From: a virus
IMG/VR virus record: IMGVR_UViG_3300029570_000020
Coordinates: 1-41,757 of that record
Strand: one strand, 5' to 3'
Length of the DNA stretch: 41,757 nucleotides
The translations under genes and the position numbers were made by a program. The notes under the pieces are model-generated. The model was not told the DNA's origin. It searched no databases and saw only the letters and a list, made by a program, of their open reading frames with translations. This document shows, piece after piece, positions 12,366-22,396 of the stretch (positions are counted from its first letter, which is position 1; each line of letters begins with the position of its first letter).

Positions 12366-13937
12366 TTAGCCGGGGATAGAAAGGTCCGCCGAACGGTCCC
12401 ACCAGATCCACGAAGCGTCGCCGGGGAGGGCGAGGCTGAATGCACCCGCGATGTCACCGCCCCTGGAGAGCGCACCGCGCAGAGCGACACGGGTGCCACT
12501 CTTGTTGATGTAGAAATAGTCGGCCAGATGGGTTCCGCTGCTGCCGCCGACTTCCTTTGTGATCTGCAGCCACGGGAACCGCTCATCCGCCTGGAGGTTC
12601 TTTGCCCAGCCCTCGTTAGGCAGCGTGAGGGAATCCAGCTTCGTGTAGTTCTCAACGCTCGACCAGTTGTAGTTGGTGTCGTTGCAGATGTAGGGCACGC
12701 CGTCAACGATTTTCCAGTCGCACTCAAAGCGCCACTGGTTGCCATAGAGCGGGTTCTCGCAGCCGTAGAACACAAAGCTGTGCTTGCCGTCCGTGTTGCT
12801 CACAGGGCTGCCGCAGGTGGAGATCACGCTGTTGGCCGTGCCGGCGGACTGCATGATGCGCCAGATTTTGTGGTCGGTGGTCGTGGTGACCGCATCACCG
12901 TCAAAACTGACCTTGACATTGGCGCTGTCGCCGTCAATAGCCTCTACAGCGGTGACGATGCGGCGCTTGGCAATGCTCTCATCCTCGCTGCCGGTGCCGA
13001 TGGAGATGACATTGCCGACCTCCAGCACGCCCTTGGCGACCGTGACGGCACTCTCTCCGGTGCGTGCTCCGGTGATGGCGATGTCGGTTGCGTACAGCGA
13101 CACGCAGCCGTTAATTTTGCTCTGAAAATTCCGCGTGCCATACACAACAGTCATCAAGTAGGCCAGTACCTCAAAGTCAGCGCTTGTGCCGATGCTGTAA
13201 GTCTCGCCCCAAAGCCGTGCCGCAGCCAAAAACTGCGAGATCGTCTTGTTGCCGGTGGAGACAACGCCCGCAATGCTGTGCAGCTTGCCGTCCGCACCGA
13301 TGCTGCCGGGGAAGGCGGGCAGGTAGCACTTCTGCTTGAGGGAGCCGTCCGCGTTCTGAAACTTCTTCGGTGCGCGGAATCCCGGCATCGGCACCGCCGA
13401 CACGTGCGGATTTACATCAAGCATGCCGGAGACATAGAACAGCGGCACCTCAACCAGCACCTCACCGTTCGTGCCATCCTCAATGTAGCCGGGCTGGCCC
13501 TTGTAGGCGTTGACCGTGACCGTGCCGTCCGCGTTCAGCGTGCAGCAGCAGCGCCGCATACCCGCCCAAGGATAGACGCCGTCAAAGTCGTTTTGTCCTG
13601 CGCTGGTATCGGTGCCGGGGGTAAACACAAACTCCGCAGCTGCCCCCGTCCGCGTGCCCGCGCTGGTACTGCCGGAGAAGTCTACACCGTAGAATGTAGC
13701 ACCAACAGCCGAAGCCGCAGCCTTGGCAGATGCCGCCGCAGCATTCGCGCTCTGGTCTGCCTGCGTAGCACTGGTCTGGGCGGCGTTCTTGGCCGCGTTC
13801 GCCTCGGCCAGATTCGTGCCGGCGTTCGCCAGCAGCGTGCCGAACTCATCGCGCGTGCCGGTGTAGCCGTGCGCCTTGGCGTCAGCGTAGGCGGTCACAG
13901 CGCCCAGATCGGTGGTAAAAACAGAACTATCAGCCAT
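12366..13937 (-). CDS. Tail fibre / receptor-binding protein
   Basis: ATG 13937 overlaps the upstream stop, with a GGAGG SD. N-terminal Ala-rich coiled coil and a large C-terminal globular part. Confidence 0.55.
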   Translation of the reverse strand: MADSSVFTTDLGAVTAYADAKAHGYTGTRDEFGTLLANAGTNLAEANAAKNAAQTSATQADQSANAAAASAKAAASAVGATFYGVDFSGSTSAGTRTGAAAEFVFTPGTDTSAGQNDFDGVYPWAGMRRCCCTLNADGTVTVNAYKGQPGYIEDGTNGEVLVEVPLFYVSGMLDVNPHVSAVPMPGFRAPKKFQNADGSLKQKCYLPAFPGSIGADGKLHSIAGVVSTGNKTISQFLAAARLWGETYSIGTSADFEVLAYLMTVVYGTRNFQSKINGCVSLYATDIAITGARTGESAVTVAKGVLEVGNVISIGTGSEDESIAKRRIVTAVEAIDGDSANVKVSFDGDAVTTTTDHKIWRIMQSAGTANSVISTCGSPVSNTDGKHSFVFYGCENPLYGNQWRFECDWKIVDGVPYICNDTNYNWSSVENYTKLDSLTLPNEGWAKNLQADERFPWLQITKEVGGSSGTHLADYFYINKSGTRVALRGALSRGGDIAGAFSLALPGDASWIWWDRSADLSIPG

Positions 13938-14946
13938 GAATCTGTACCTCCAAATTCGTGTCATTGACAATAGCAAAATCAATCTTATCTTTCAGATTGG
14001 TCGTGCGCGTGTACATCAGATGCCCCGTGTCCGGGTCAACGCCCATCTGCATGTAGCCGTTGCTCAGCGCAGCCTGCCGCGCCAGCTCCACGCTTGCATC
14101 AACTTGCTGCTGCTTTTCGGTCACATCCGCTTGGCGCTCCTTGACATCGGCCTGGATCGTCTCCATCTGTGCCAGCTTGTCCGCCACGCCCGCCTCATTG
14201 ACCTTGGTTGCCGCATCGCCCGCAGTCTTAGCCGCAGCAGCCGCAGCATCCGCCGACTTTTTAGCTGCCTCCGCGCTGTCGGCCGCGGCAGTGGCAGAAT
14301 CGGCAGCCTCCTTGGCCTCGCTCTCTGCGTTGTCCTGTGCAGTCAGTGCATCCCTTGCCGCAAGCCGCGCACCATCGCTGGCCGCCTCTGCCGCTTCTTT
14401 GGCAGCAAGCGCGGTCCCTGCATACGGCCCGGCCTTGGCAGCATCTGCCGCCGCATTTTCCGCCGCCTGCTGTGCCTTTTCAGCATTTTCTTGAGCCTTA
14501 TTTGCGTTAGCTTTGGCTTCTGACGCATTTTGAGCAGCTGCCTCCGCGTTTGATTTAGCTTGCATAGTTGCTTCAAGCACCTGCGCCGCCAGCTCGGGCG
14601 TCGGCTCTGCATCCGCGCCGCCGTATACGCCCGCTTGCTCAAGAATAAGATACTCCACGTTACAACTCGCCCGCTGCACGCTGGAGGCCAGCCCGGCCAG
14701 CACAAGCACGCCATCCTTAGCCTCCTTCGTTACCTCGGGCGGCACATCCATGGCATCCCCATCCAGCAGGGCCACGCGCAGCGGCTCTTCCCGCCCGGGG
14801 ATGTGCCATGTTGCAGTGAGATTTAGACCATCCCACCCGGCCCCGCGCTCAATCTTGATACTCTCCGTGCCAAAGCTGGAATTAGTCCCTAGCACCAACT
14901 TTCGCGGAATTGGGGTGTAGTTATCCAGCCTTAAAGTATGTACCAT
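13930..14946 (-). CDS. Tail fibre protein with a long Ala-rich coiled coil
   Basis: 338 aa. The centre AEAAAQNASEAKANANKAQENAEKAQQAAENAAADAAKA... is typical of fibre shafts. Confidence 0.55.
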   Translation of the reverse strand: MVHTLRLDNYTPIPRKLVLGTNSSFGTESIKIERGAGWDGLNLTATWHIPGREEPLRVALLDGDAMDVPPEVTKEAKDGVLVLAGLASSVQRASCNVEYLILEQAGVYGGADAEPTPELAAQVLEATMQAKSNAEAAAQNASEAKANANKAQENAEKAQQAAENAAADAAKAGPYAGTALAAKEAAEAASDGARLAARDALTAQDNAESEAKEAADSATAAADSAEAAKKSADAAAAAAKTAGDAATKVNEAGVADKLAQMETIQADVKERQADVTEKQQQVDASVELARQAALSNGYMQMGVDPDTGHLMYTRTTNLKDKIDFAIVNDTNLEVQIHG

Positions 14947-15049
14947 GCTCTACCTCCTTAGGCGTTGATTATGATCGGCTCCCTCATGGTTTCATTTCTC
15001 ATGCTGATTTCATGAATAATAGTTTCGGACATTATTTCACGCTCCTTTC

Positions 15050-16438
15050 TTAGTAGATCATATACACCTTAAACAAGACATTGGATATAAAAGCGCCAGC
15101 TTTTCCATAAGACTGTGCGCCGACAGTCAACATGCCGGTATCAGGATTGTAAGAAACATAGTCAGCGCAGGCTCCGCTTCCGGAAGTAGCAACATCGGTG
15201 CTGTTCCCGCTCCAAGCATAAGGGACGGTATAAAAATTACTGCGGCTCAGCTTGTCATAAATGCTCCCATAGTGTGACTTCACATCATATGTGAAGTTTG
15301 TGAAAGCGGCGGTTTGCTGGCCCAGATAAACAGTTTTGTAGCTGCGTTTTGCAGTTACACTCCCGCTGCCGTTGTGATACCCAATAGGGATTTCGTAAGA
15401 ATCGCCCGGGTAGATAGCTTCGCTTACTGCGCCCCTGTTCGGCATTTTTCCTTCTTTGATGGTTTTACCGCCTGCGTAGAACTTATTCCCTGCCAGCACA
15501 TTGTCCTCTGTGGCGGTGGCCTGTGCCAGCTTCGCATTGGATAATCCACCGCCGCCGTTAAAATCCAGCCGCGTGCCATCGTATACAAACGTGATCCACC
15601 GCCCGGCAACAACGCTGTCCCCGTCCGCCGCGTCCGCCCCGCAATACGCAGGCACGGCCACGCCGTTGACTGTCCACGTGTCGCCCGCACTCCACGCGGC
15701 GGGGACTTTAAACCGCCCCACCGCGCCGGTGCCCTTCAGTGCGTAGACTTTGCCGGACTTCGTACAGCTGTACAGCTGCACCGCCGCATCAAGGCCCAGG
15801 CCCGCCGGGTCATACTCGCCCTTGGTCATCACGGCAGTGCCCGCGTGCAGTTTGGAAAGCTCGGTCTTTACCTTTTCCAGCAATGTGGAAAACTGCGCCT
15901 GCATGGTGGTAGTATCAACGCTAACCCAATCCGTAACAAGCCCACACACATCGGGGTCAAGCCGTTCGTCCGTGATGCTGTCCGCAGAAATGCTGCTTAC
16001 CGCTGCTGCGACGCCAATACGCGCAAGAGAAATTTGCCGTTTCAAAGTGTTGTTTGTAAGTTCCGGGGCGGTAGGTGCATTATTTGGCGTACCTTTTAGC
16101 ACTTCAATGCGCGGCTTTGACGCATAATCCACCGTATCCCAGCTAACAACAACCCTGTCAATACGTGGCAGGATGGCATCTGCCAACGGGATTGTCAGCC
16201 GCAACTCGCTTCCAGTCTGTTCTTTTGTATCATTCCAAAAAACTGTGCCGTCCGCTTTGTCGTTCGCCAGCCAACCCACGCCATCTGAAACGCTTACCGT
16301 CATATCGCCGTTTGCGGTAACACTTAAATTGTCATCCGCGCCAAACACGCCGCTGGAACGACCATGCAGCCATTTCATCACATTTTCGGCTCCGATATAT
16401 TCATCCACGTTATTCGGAAAATTTTTGATTTCTGCCAC
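15050..16438 (-). CDS. Tail-tip / receptor-binding structural protein
   Basis: 462 aa, positioned between the baseplate-like proteins and the fibres. Confidence 0.5.
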   Translation of the reverse strand: MAEIKNFPNNVDEYIGAENVMKWLHGRSSGVFGADDNLSVTANGDMTVSVSDGVGWLANDKADGTVFWNDTKEQTGSELRLTIPLADAILPRIDRVVVSWDTVDYASKPRIEVLKGTPNNAPTAPELTNNTLKRQISLARIGVAAAVSSISADSITDERLDPDVCGLVTDWVSVDTTTMQAQFSTLLEKVKTELSKLHAGTAVMTKGEYDPAGLGLDAAVQLYSCTKSGKVYALKGTGAVGRFKVPAAWSAGDTWTVNGVAVPAYCGADAADGDSVVAGRWITFVYDGTRLDFNGGGGLSNAKLAQATATEDNVLAGNKFYAGGKTIKEGKMPNRGAVSEAIYPGDSYEIPIGYHNGSGSVTAKRSYKTVYLGQQTAAFTNFTYDVKSHYGSIYDKLSRSNFYTVPYAWSGNSTDVATSGSGACADYVSYNPDTGMLTVGAQSYGKAGAFISNVLFKVYMIY

Positions 16439-16442
16439 TTTA

Positions 16443-17453
16443 TCACCTCAAAACTGTTAAAATCGGGTCGCCAATAACCAGCTTGACGCTTGATCCGTTT
16501 GCATCCTGTGAATACTTTGCTGCCGTGATTCTTGCCTTGTACTTTACACCCAGCCGCAAAGAAACGCACCAAACCAAATCGCCAACATTGTATGACGTGC
16601 CAAGCTCGTCACCGTCCGCGTCAATCGAAAAGCCGTTGCGGTTCAGGTGACTGCCCAACTGTAAAGCAGCGTACTGCTTTACGCGGCTTTCAAAATCCGC
16701 GTTACTTTCATCATCTTGCTGGCTGTCGCCGCTGAAACTTGCCCATAGTTCCCGTCGCTCGTTGTCGCTGGCCGTGCCAGCCTTTACAACAAAGCTTGTG
16801 CCGTCCTTATATTCGGCTTCGCAGTAGCAAACGTTTTTGTACTCAGAAATATCCTTGTCAACTACCAGCCCGGGCGCTGTGCCGCGTTCTTGAACAAACA
16901 AAACTGCGGTCAGTCCCTCTGTGCGGTCAACACCCTTATACACCTCAAATGTCTGAGTCTTGGACCGATAGTCAAAAACAATGCGGTTACCAAGGCCAGC
17001 GTCCGTCAAAACTGGAATTATCTTTTTTAAAAGTTCCTCGCCGTACACCTCTGTCGCAGGCACGGTTTCAGGCAGGCCTTTACCAGCCGCCAGCAGCACC
17101 GGCAGCCCACGCAGGTTGTTGCGTACAACGTTGTAAATGTCAGTCTCCACGTTCACAACGCTGGCCGATGCTGCCACTATGCGCCGATTCAGTCGGTTGT
17201 TTAAGCTGTAGCCGTTCAACGTGATTTCTCCGTTGTCGCTGTCAAACTGTACCTCTGCTACTTCGTAAGCTAATCTACGCTCTACGATGTACAAAACTGC
17301 GTCCAGTTCTACAATAGAGATACTGTAATCGTCCATCGGTAGAACCAACGTGAATTTTCCCACATCGTTATAATAGTCCGAAAACTCGCTGCTGATGGCG
17401 TGGGTAATTTCGTGTCGGTTGCTAAGATCATGGGAGAAAAGCTCTAATCTCAT
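16443..17453 (-). CDS. Siphovirus Gp37-like tail/baseplate protein
   Basis: MRLELFSHDLSNRHEI...GKFTLVLPMDD...ITLNGYSLNNRL fits the ReqiPepy6 Gp37-like pattern from memory. It follows Dit. Confidence 0.55.
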   Translation of the reverse strand: MRLELFSHDLSNRHEITHAISSEFSDYYNDVGKFTLVLPMDDYSISIVELDAVLYIVERRLAYEVAEVQFDSDNGEITLNGYSLNNRLNRRIVAASASVVNVETDIYNVVRNNLRGLPVLLAAGKGLPETVPATEVYGEELLKKIIPVLTDAGLGNRIVFDYRSKTQTFEVYKGVDRTEGLTAVLFVQERGTAPGLVVDKDISEYKNVCYCEAEYKDGTSFVVKAGTASDNERRELWASFSGDSQQDDESNADFESRVKQYAALQLGSHLNRNGFSIDADGDELGTSYNVGDLVWCVSLRLGVKYKARITAAKYSQDANGSSVKLVIGDPILTVLR

Positions 17454-18304
17454 ATTACAGTTACACCCGCACTTTCTTCCGCAAACGAAACACTCATTTC
17501 AACGTTTTCAAGCCCGCTGTCCGCAGTAGGTTTCCACGCATTATCGCCCGTATGAATTCTGTACAGTGTACTTTCAAGCGTAAGTGCGCCCCGACAGTCA
17601 CCGTCCTTAGAGCTTGTGACCGTTGTCTTTCCGTGAGATGTCTTGATAACGACACGCTCATCTTCCACAAGCGTTTTTTCCAGCCGCAGCACTTCACCTG
17701 TTAGCATATTTTCAATGCCTACGTTTGTTGCAGTCTCGCCAATGCAATTGATTTCCAACCTAAACGGCACATCAAACTGACCAAAATTCTGCAAAACAAT
17801 GTATTTCAGCACAATGACTTTGCCGAAATAATACGTTTTGCTGATATTCCATGGGAATTTAAAACCTTTTTGCACGCCGCGCAGCTGCATTGCCTTTCGT
17901 TCACCGCTTTCCCAATACGAGTAGGGGGCAAGCAGGCCAAGCTGAAACGGCGCACCGCGTTTTGATGCGCCAATGGTAGGCGATGCCGTTACAACAACAT
18001 CTATGTGCCAATCTCCGGCATATAACACCCCGGTCAGGTCAGGTCGTACAACGGTCACAAGTGCATCTTTAAGCGCTTGTGCATTATCGCCGATAACTCT
18101 TCCATTGATGGTAATAGGCCGCGTCTGAATGGCCTTAGATTGTACCGTAGCGCCTACTTGACCGATGCCCTGTGCCGTGTTGGCTGTGACCGAAATTGTA
18201 TCAATGCCATCTGGCTTGCTGATAAGATAACCATGCTCATAGTCAAACACGATAGATTGCCCAAGCGAGTTGACGTATTTAAAAGTTTTGCTTAAAAAAC
18301 TCAT
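17450..18304 (-). CDS. Distal tail protein (Dit-like)
   Basis: Immediately downstream of the tape measure gene. ATG 18304 overlaps the TMP stop (ATGA); the track starts at GTG 18313. Confidence 0.6.
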   Translation of the reverse strand: MSFLSKTFKYVNSLGQSIVFDYEHGYLISKPDGIDTISVTANTAQGIGQVGATVQSKAIQTRPITINGRVIGDNAQALKDALVTVVRPDLTGVLYAGDWHIDVVVTASPTIGASKRGAPFQLGLLAPYSYWESGERKAMQLRGVQKGFKFPWNISKTYYFGKVIVLKYIVLQNFGQFDVPFRLEINCIGETATNVGIENMLTGEVLRLEKTLVEDERVVIKTSHGKTTVTSSKDGDCRGALTLESTLYRIHTGDNAWKPTADSGLENVEMSVSFAEESAGVTVI

Positions 18305-20682
18305 AACGCCCACCTCGCCCGCTGGAAATACGCCGCTGTGCTTGCTGCCAGTTCAACCGGCGTCTGCTTTGCCGCGTAAATTGTCTGATTAACTGTAAAG
18401 CCGCCCACGCCGCTATTGCCGCGCCGGTAAGCCTCCGCTTCATCGGCTGTCAGTACCATCTCGCCGCGATGCAGATTTGCAACGTAGTTGTTATAGGGGA
18501 CATAATCCATACCGCCTGCGTGGCTACCGTCAGACCCCGTGTTGTTTTTCACATCACTTGCATTGATGACAAAAATGCTCTTGATGCCATCCCACAAGCC
18601 CTGCACAAAGCTGACAAGGCCACCCCAAACAGCCGCAATGCCACCCTTGATGCCCTCCACAACGTTTTGGCCGACCGTAGAGAAGAAACCAAACGCACCA
18701 TCAAAGATGCCCTGAATCGACTCCCACGCGCTCTGAAAGTCACCGGACAACACAGCGTCAATCGTAGAGAACACGCCAGTAATCAAATCAAATACAGTCT
18801 GAAAAAAGCTGACCGCAACATTCCAGATGCTTTGAATAATGATCCACGCGACCTGAAAAAATCCGCTGACAATCGGTGCAAACGGCGTAAAGATGACCAC
18901 AATTGCCTGAAAGATGGCCTGAAAGAATGCGCTTGCCCATGACCATACAGTCTGTACAAGGCTCCATGCGGCGCTGAACGCTTCACCGATGCTCTGTATG
19001 GCTGGTGTCAAATCTGTAATGGCCTGCGTAACGACCTGCCCAATAACCTGCATAGCCGCTTCAACATAAGGCTGTACAAATGCCACGACTTCCTGAATCT
19101 TGGCAGAAATTGCATCCCACGCGGCGTTTACTTTGCTGCGGAAATCCTCGTTTTTGGCATACAGAACCGCCAGTATACCGACAAGAGCGCCGACTGCAAC
19201 AATGACTAGCGCAATCGGATTCGCCGCCAAAACCGCATTGAATGCAGCTTGTGCCTTTGCCGCCGCCGTCTGTGCAAGTGTCATTAACGAAATCTTGCCT
19301 GTAAGCAATCCTGCTAGAACCTCGGAGGCTTTTAATGTTCCGTTGAGCGCCCCTTGCGCGATTTCGGCGTCCGAAAGCCCCATACTGAACAAGGATACGG
19401 CGACTTTTGCTTCGTCAAACCCTGTTACAATGGACTGTATCTTTTTGCCGATTTCCCAGCCCTTAGCAGCTGCGCCCACCGTTACAAGTGCAGGAGCAAT
19501 TTTTTCAATTAACGGAACAACTCCTTCGACTGCCTGCTTAACCTTCTCAAAAATATCAAGCAGGAACGAAAAGTCGGAGTTTTCAACAGCAGTTGTAAGC
19601 CCGGAAACAATCGCATCGCCCAAAAAAGAGAATACATCGGCAACAATGGGCTGCAATTCGCTTGCTACACTGCTTAGACCGTCAAAAAGCGCCTGCAAGC
19701 CTTCCTCAACGGTCGGCTCCAGCTCCATTATTACGCTGCTTACATAAGGCGCAAGCTGTGTTACAATTTCGCTCAATCCGTCAATCAAAGTAGGTACAAT
19801 TTGCTTTATTCGCGGAATAATATTGTTGCCAGCCGTTACAAAACTATTTACAAAATCATCCATCAGCCCTTGAAAGTTCTGTTCCGGGTCAGCAATTCCC
19901 GTAAGCAAATTTTCCCACGCACTTCTCATTGACGCGGTACTGCCTTGAATCGTTGACGCTGCTTCGTCTGCCGTTGTGCCTGTGATGCCCATTTCCGTTT
20001 GCACAACGTGAATGGCTTGCACAATGTCCGAAAAGCTGTCAATGCTGTATTTTGTGTAGATGCCCTGCTTTGCGTTCAAAGCGTCTGCATCGGCAAGAAG
20101 TCGTTGCATTTCCGTTTTCGTGCCGCCATAGCCGATTTTCAAGTTGTCCAGCATCGTGTAATTCTGCTTTGAGAATCCGCGGTAAGCGTCTTGGACGCTC
20201 TGGACAGAGGAACCCATTTTGTTCCAGTTGTCTGCCATATCGGATATTGCCATATTCGACATTTCCGCTGCTGCATCTGTATCGCCCGCAAGGCTGGACA
20301 CAAGCGATGCTGCAAACGACGTTGATGTTTCCATATAGTCGTTTGCAGACATACCTACATTTTCAAAAGCTCGTTTTGCATACTGTTCAACGACTTTCGC
20401 GCTGCTCTTGTACAGCGTTTCCACGCCGCCTACAAGCTGCTCGTACTCGCCGTAGCTATCCAGCGATGCCTTGCCGATTGAAATTGCCGCGCCGGTTGCC
20501 ATTTTTCCTATGGTAACAAAGCCATTTGCGATATTGCGCAGACCGTCGGTGACAACGTTTCCCAGCACAGTACCGGAAAACACGTCCATCAGAGAAGAAG
20601 CCCCGCCCTTTGCCTTTTCTACGCCTTTTTCGTATTCGCTTGTGTTTAGGCTCAGTTTGGCATATAGATTAAAAACGTCCAA
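18301..20682 (-). CDS. Tape measure protein
   Basis: 793 aa. MDVFNLYAKLSLNTSEYEKGVEKAKG start, helical with Trp/Phe-repeat segments. Positioned after the chaperone genes. Confidence 0.85.
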   Translation of the reverse strand: MDVFNLYAKLSLNTSEYEKGVEKAKGGASSLMDVFSGTVLGNVVTDGLRNIANGFVTIGKMATGAAISIGKASLDSYGEYEQLVGGVETLYKSSAKVVEQYAKRAFENVGMSANDYMETSTSFAASLVSSLAGDTDAAAEMSNMAISDMADNWNKMGSSVQSVQDAYRGFSKQNYTMLDNLKIGYGGTKTEMQRLLADADALNAKQGIYTKYSIDSFSDIVQAIHVVQTEMGITGTTADEAASTIQGSTASMRSAWENLLTGIADPEQNFQGLMDDFVNSFVTAGNNIIPRIKQIVPTLIDGLSEIVTQLAPYVSSVIMELEPTVEEGLQALFDGLSSVASELQPIVADVFSFLGDAIVSGLTTAVENSDFSFLLDIFEKVKQAVEGVVPLIEKIAPALVTVGAAAKGWEIGKKIQSIVTGFDEAKVAVSLFSMGLSDAEIAQGALNGTLKASEVLAGLLTGKISLMTLAQTAAAKAQAAFNAVLAANPIALVIVAVGALVGILAVLYAKNEDFRSKVNAAWDAISAKIQEVVAFVQPYVEAAMQVIGQVVTQAITDLTPAIQSIGEAFSAAWSLVQTVWSWASAFFQAIFQAIVVIFTPFAPIVSGFFQVAWIIIQSIWNVAVSFFQTVFDLITGVFSTIDAVLSGDFQSAWESIQGIFDGAFGFFSTVGQNVVEGIKGGIAAVWGGLVSFVQGLWDGIKSIFVINASDVKNNTGSDGSHAGGMDYVPYNNYVANLHRGEMVLTADEAEAYRRGNSGVGGFTVNQTIYAAKQTPVELAASTAAYFQRARWAL

Positions 20683-20697
20683 TTTATCACTCCCTTC

Positions 20698-20726
20698 TTG
20701 AATTTTTCAATTCAGTATTGTATTCT
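20698..20726 (+). promoter_or_regulatory. Candidate promoter (TTGAAT-17-TATTCT) for the opposite-strand moron
   Basis: Hexamers and 17-nt spacing read directly. The -10 is weak. Confidence 0.35.
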
Positions 20727-20746
20727 ATCTGCAGGAGGTGTTTTTT

Positions 20747-21121
20747 ATGGCAAAAGCAAAAAATGCAGTTATTGCAGGCGATTTTGTCGGAAAGAAAGTT
20801 TCGCTTTCTTTTGGCACGGTGTCGATGGATGTCGGCGGTATGTCGAACCTCGAACTTAACAGCCGTACTGTCGCGGGTTATTCCGTTGCAGACGAAAGTC
20901 ACAACAAGTCAATGGCATCCGGCGTTATGCGCGGCATGGTCGGCGGTGCTTTGTTTGGTGGTGCTGGCATGGTTGCCGGTGCAATGACTGCCAAGCAAAA
21001 AGGCGTTTATCAAGTGGTTATCCAACTTATAGATGACCCGCAATGGCGTTACAGCGGCAAGCGATTTATGCTTGAAGTTGACGAGCCGATTTACAAAGCC
21101 ATTATAAAAAACTGCTTCTGA
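20747..21121 (+). CDS. Opposite-strand moron: glycine-zipper membrane protein (124 aa)
   Basis: GGAGG SD 8 nt upstream of ATG 20747. GVMRGMVGGALFGGAGMVAGAMTA is a glycine zipper. It has its own terminator. Confidence 0.6.
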   Translation: MAKAKNAVIAGDFVGKKVSLSFGTVSMDVGGMSNLELNSRTVAGYSVADESHNKSMASGVMRGMVGGALFGGAGMVAGAMTAKQKGVYQVVIQLIDDPQWRYSGKRFMLEVDEPIYKAIIKNCF

Positions 21122-21124
21122 TTG

Positions 21125-21154
21125 ATGCCGCCCACTCGGGCGGCATTTTATTTT
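21125..21154 (+). terminator. Rho-independent terminator of the moron
   Basis: Stem ATGCCGCCC (21125-21133) pairs with GGGCGGCAT (21138-21146), followed by TTTATTTT. Confidence 0.7.
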
Positions 21155-21462
21155 GTAATTTTCAAGCCGTGCCGCGTTGCAAATTCCTTAAAATCTGCTT
21201 GTATCTGCTCCGGCGTTCTGTTGTCAACCTTTGGCGGTCGGATAATATCAATGTATCTCGCTGGCATATCCTTTGCCCCTGTTATGGCCATTACAATACT
21301 CAACGCACTGTCTGTCAGGTACACCTTGTATTGCATTTCTTCAAATTCTGTTTTCAGGGCATAAGGCAGCGCCGACACAAGCGCCTTTGCGCTCAGTTTC
21401 GGCATTTTAAGCAGCACAGGAATTACTTGTTCTGCCCGCCATCGAGATACGATTTGAAAAAA
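21148..21462 (-). CDS. Tail assembly chaperone frameshift extension (T-like, -1 frame)
   Basis: The -1 frame opens exactly at the slippery site, just after an in-frame TGA at 21465-21463, and runs to 21148. Confidence 0.6.
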   Translation of the reverse strand, partial: FFQIVSRWRAEQVIPVLLKMPKLSAKALVSALPYALKTEFEEMQYKVYLTDSALSIVMAITGAKDMPARYIDIIRPPKVDNRTPEQIQADFKEFATRHGLKITK

Positions 21463-21794
21463 TCAACAAACCCCTTATCGTTCAACAGGTCGTAAACTTG
21501 CTTGCAGGTAATAAGGAAATTCTGTTTGCCGATTTCTTCCACTGTCAGGCCGTTAAACGGTGCAAGGATTGCGTACACATCCACGCGGTGCTGCTTCAAC
21601 GCAATGTTCAGCAGCTTAACGATTTTCGCAAGGCCAAAACGCTGCATTGCAATACGGGTCGTTTCGCCCTTCGGCATCGCTTTCTGCATCTCTTTCACAA
21701 GCGTTTCATCATCAATCAAATTTGTGATGGGCTGCGCGATTTGTAAAACGACTTCCAGCGCTTCGTCAGTGCTAAGTTCAGAAAAAATCCGCAT
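21423..21794 (-). CDS. Tail assembly chaperone (G-like)
   Basis: 123 aa, between the major tail protein and the tape measure. It contains the slippery heptamer near its 3' end. Confidence 0.65.
   Translation of the reverse strand: MRIFSELSTDEALEVVLQIAQPITNLIDDETLVKEMQKAMPKGETTRIAMQRFGLAKIVKLLNIALKQHRVDVYAILAPFNGLTVEEIGKQNFLITCKQVYDLLNDKGFVDFFKSYLDGGQNK
21456..21462 (-). promoter_or_regulatory. Programmed -1 frameshift slippery heptamer U UUU UUC
   Basis: Plus-strand gaaaaaa at 21456-21462. In the G frame it reads GA[T TTT TTC], 12 codons before the G stop. Confidence 0.65.
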
Positions 21795-22387
21795 TAGGCT
21801 TCATCCTCTCCGGCCTTGATATACACCTCACACGGCACAGTGTCCTGCGCGGTAATGGAGTAGTGCGCTGTGTATTCAAAGCTCATCTGGCCTTTTTCCT
21901 TGTCCCCGGTCTGCAAACTGAAACCGCCGGTGGACAGCGTATTCAGCATGTGGATGGCGCAGAAACCGCCATTCGTAGTGCCGTGCTTGTCGGAATAATC
22001 GCACAGCAGCCACAAATCGGTAAAGTCGCTGTCTTTCAGGTCGTTGCGCGGCGTGATTTTGGACACATTGGAAGTGGTCGTAACATCCGCAGCGCCAAGC
22101 ATGCTCTTGGCATTTTCTGCCGATGCCGAAACATAAGTGCCACTACACTTGACTTCCCAAGATTCAATCTGCTTCAGCTCTTTCATGTTCTTGGGGCAGT
22201 TGTCGATATCCTCGCCGAAGTCGGTAAAGCTCGGCACAGCCGTAAAGTTGATGCCGCCGGTCGTAGCGCCAAGCAGCGCACTTTCTTCCGGCGCAGTACC
22301 GGCAGCCGGGTCAAATGTAGTTGCAAGATAGCCCGCGTTCAAGACCAGTTCTTTAAACGCAGATTCAGGAATACGAGTAAATTTCAT
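21794..22387 (-). CDS. Major tail protein
   Basis: 197 aa. Its position between the tail terminator and the chaperones is canonical. Confidence 0.65.
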   Translation of the reverse strand: MKFTRIPESAFKELVLNAGYLATTFDPAAGTAPEESALLGATTGGINFTAVPSFTDFGEDIDNCPKNMKELKQIESWEVKCSGTYVSASAENAKSMLGAADVTTTSNVSKITPRNDLKDSDFTDLWLLCDYSDKHGTTNGGFCAIHMLNTLSTGGFSLQTGDKEKGQMSFEYTAHYSITAQDTVPCEVYIKAGEDEA

Positions 22388-22396
22388 GCTTTCACC

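Noticed and set aside
12228-13967. 579-aa plus-strand ORF (the longest in the track on that strand)
   Set aside because: It lies entirely antisense to the well-supported fibre gene 12366..13937. Its composition is Arg/Ala/Gly/Val-rich, typical of a GC-rich shadow frame. It has no RBS and no recognisable motifs.
14958-15032. 24-aa mini-ORF (MSETIIHEISMRNETMREPIIINA) between two fibre genes, with a GGAG upstream
   Set aside because: It is too short to support from sequence alone. It is recorded but not annotated.
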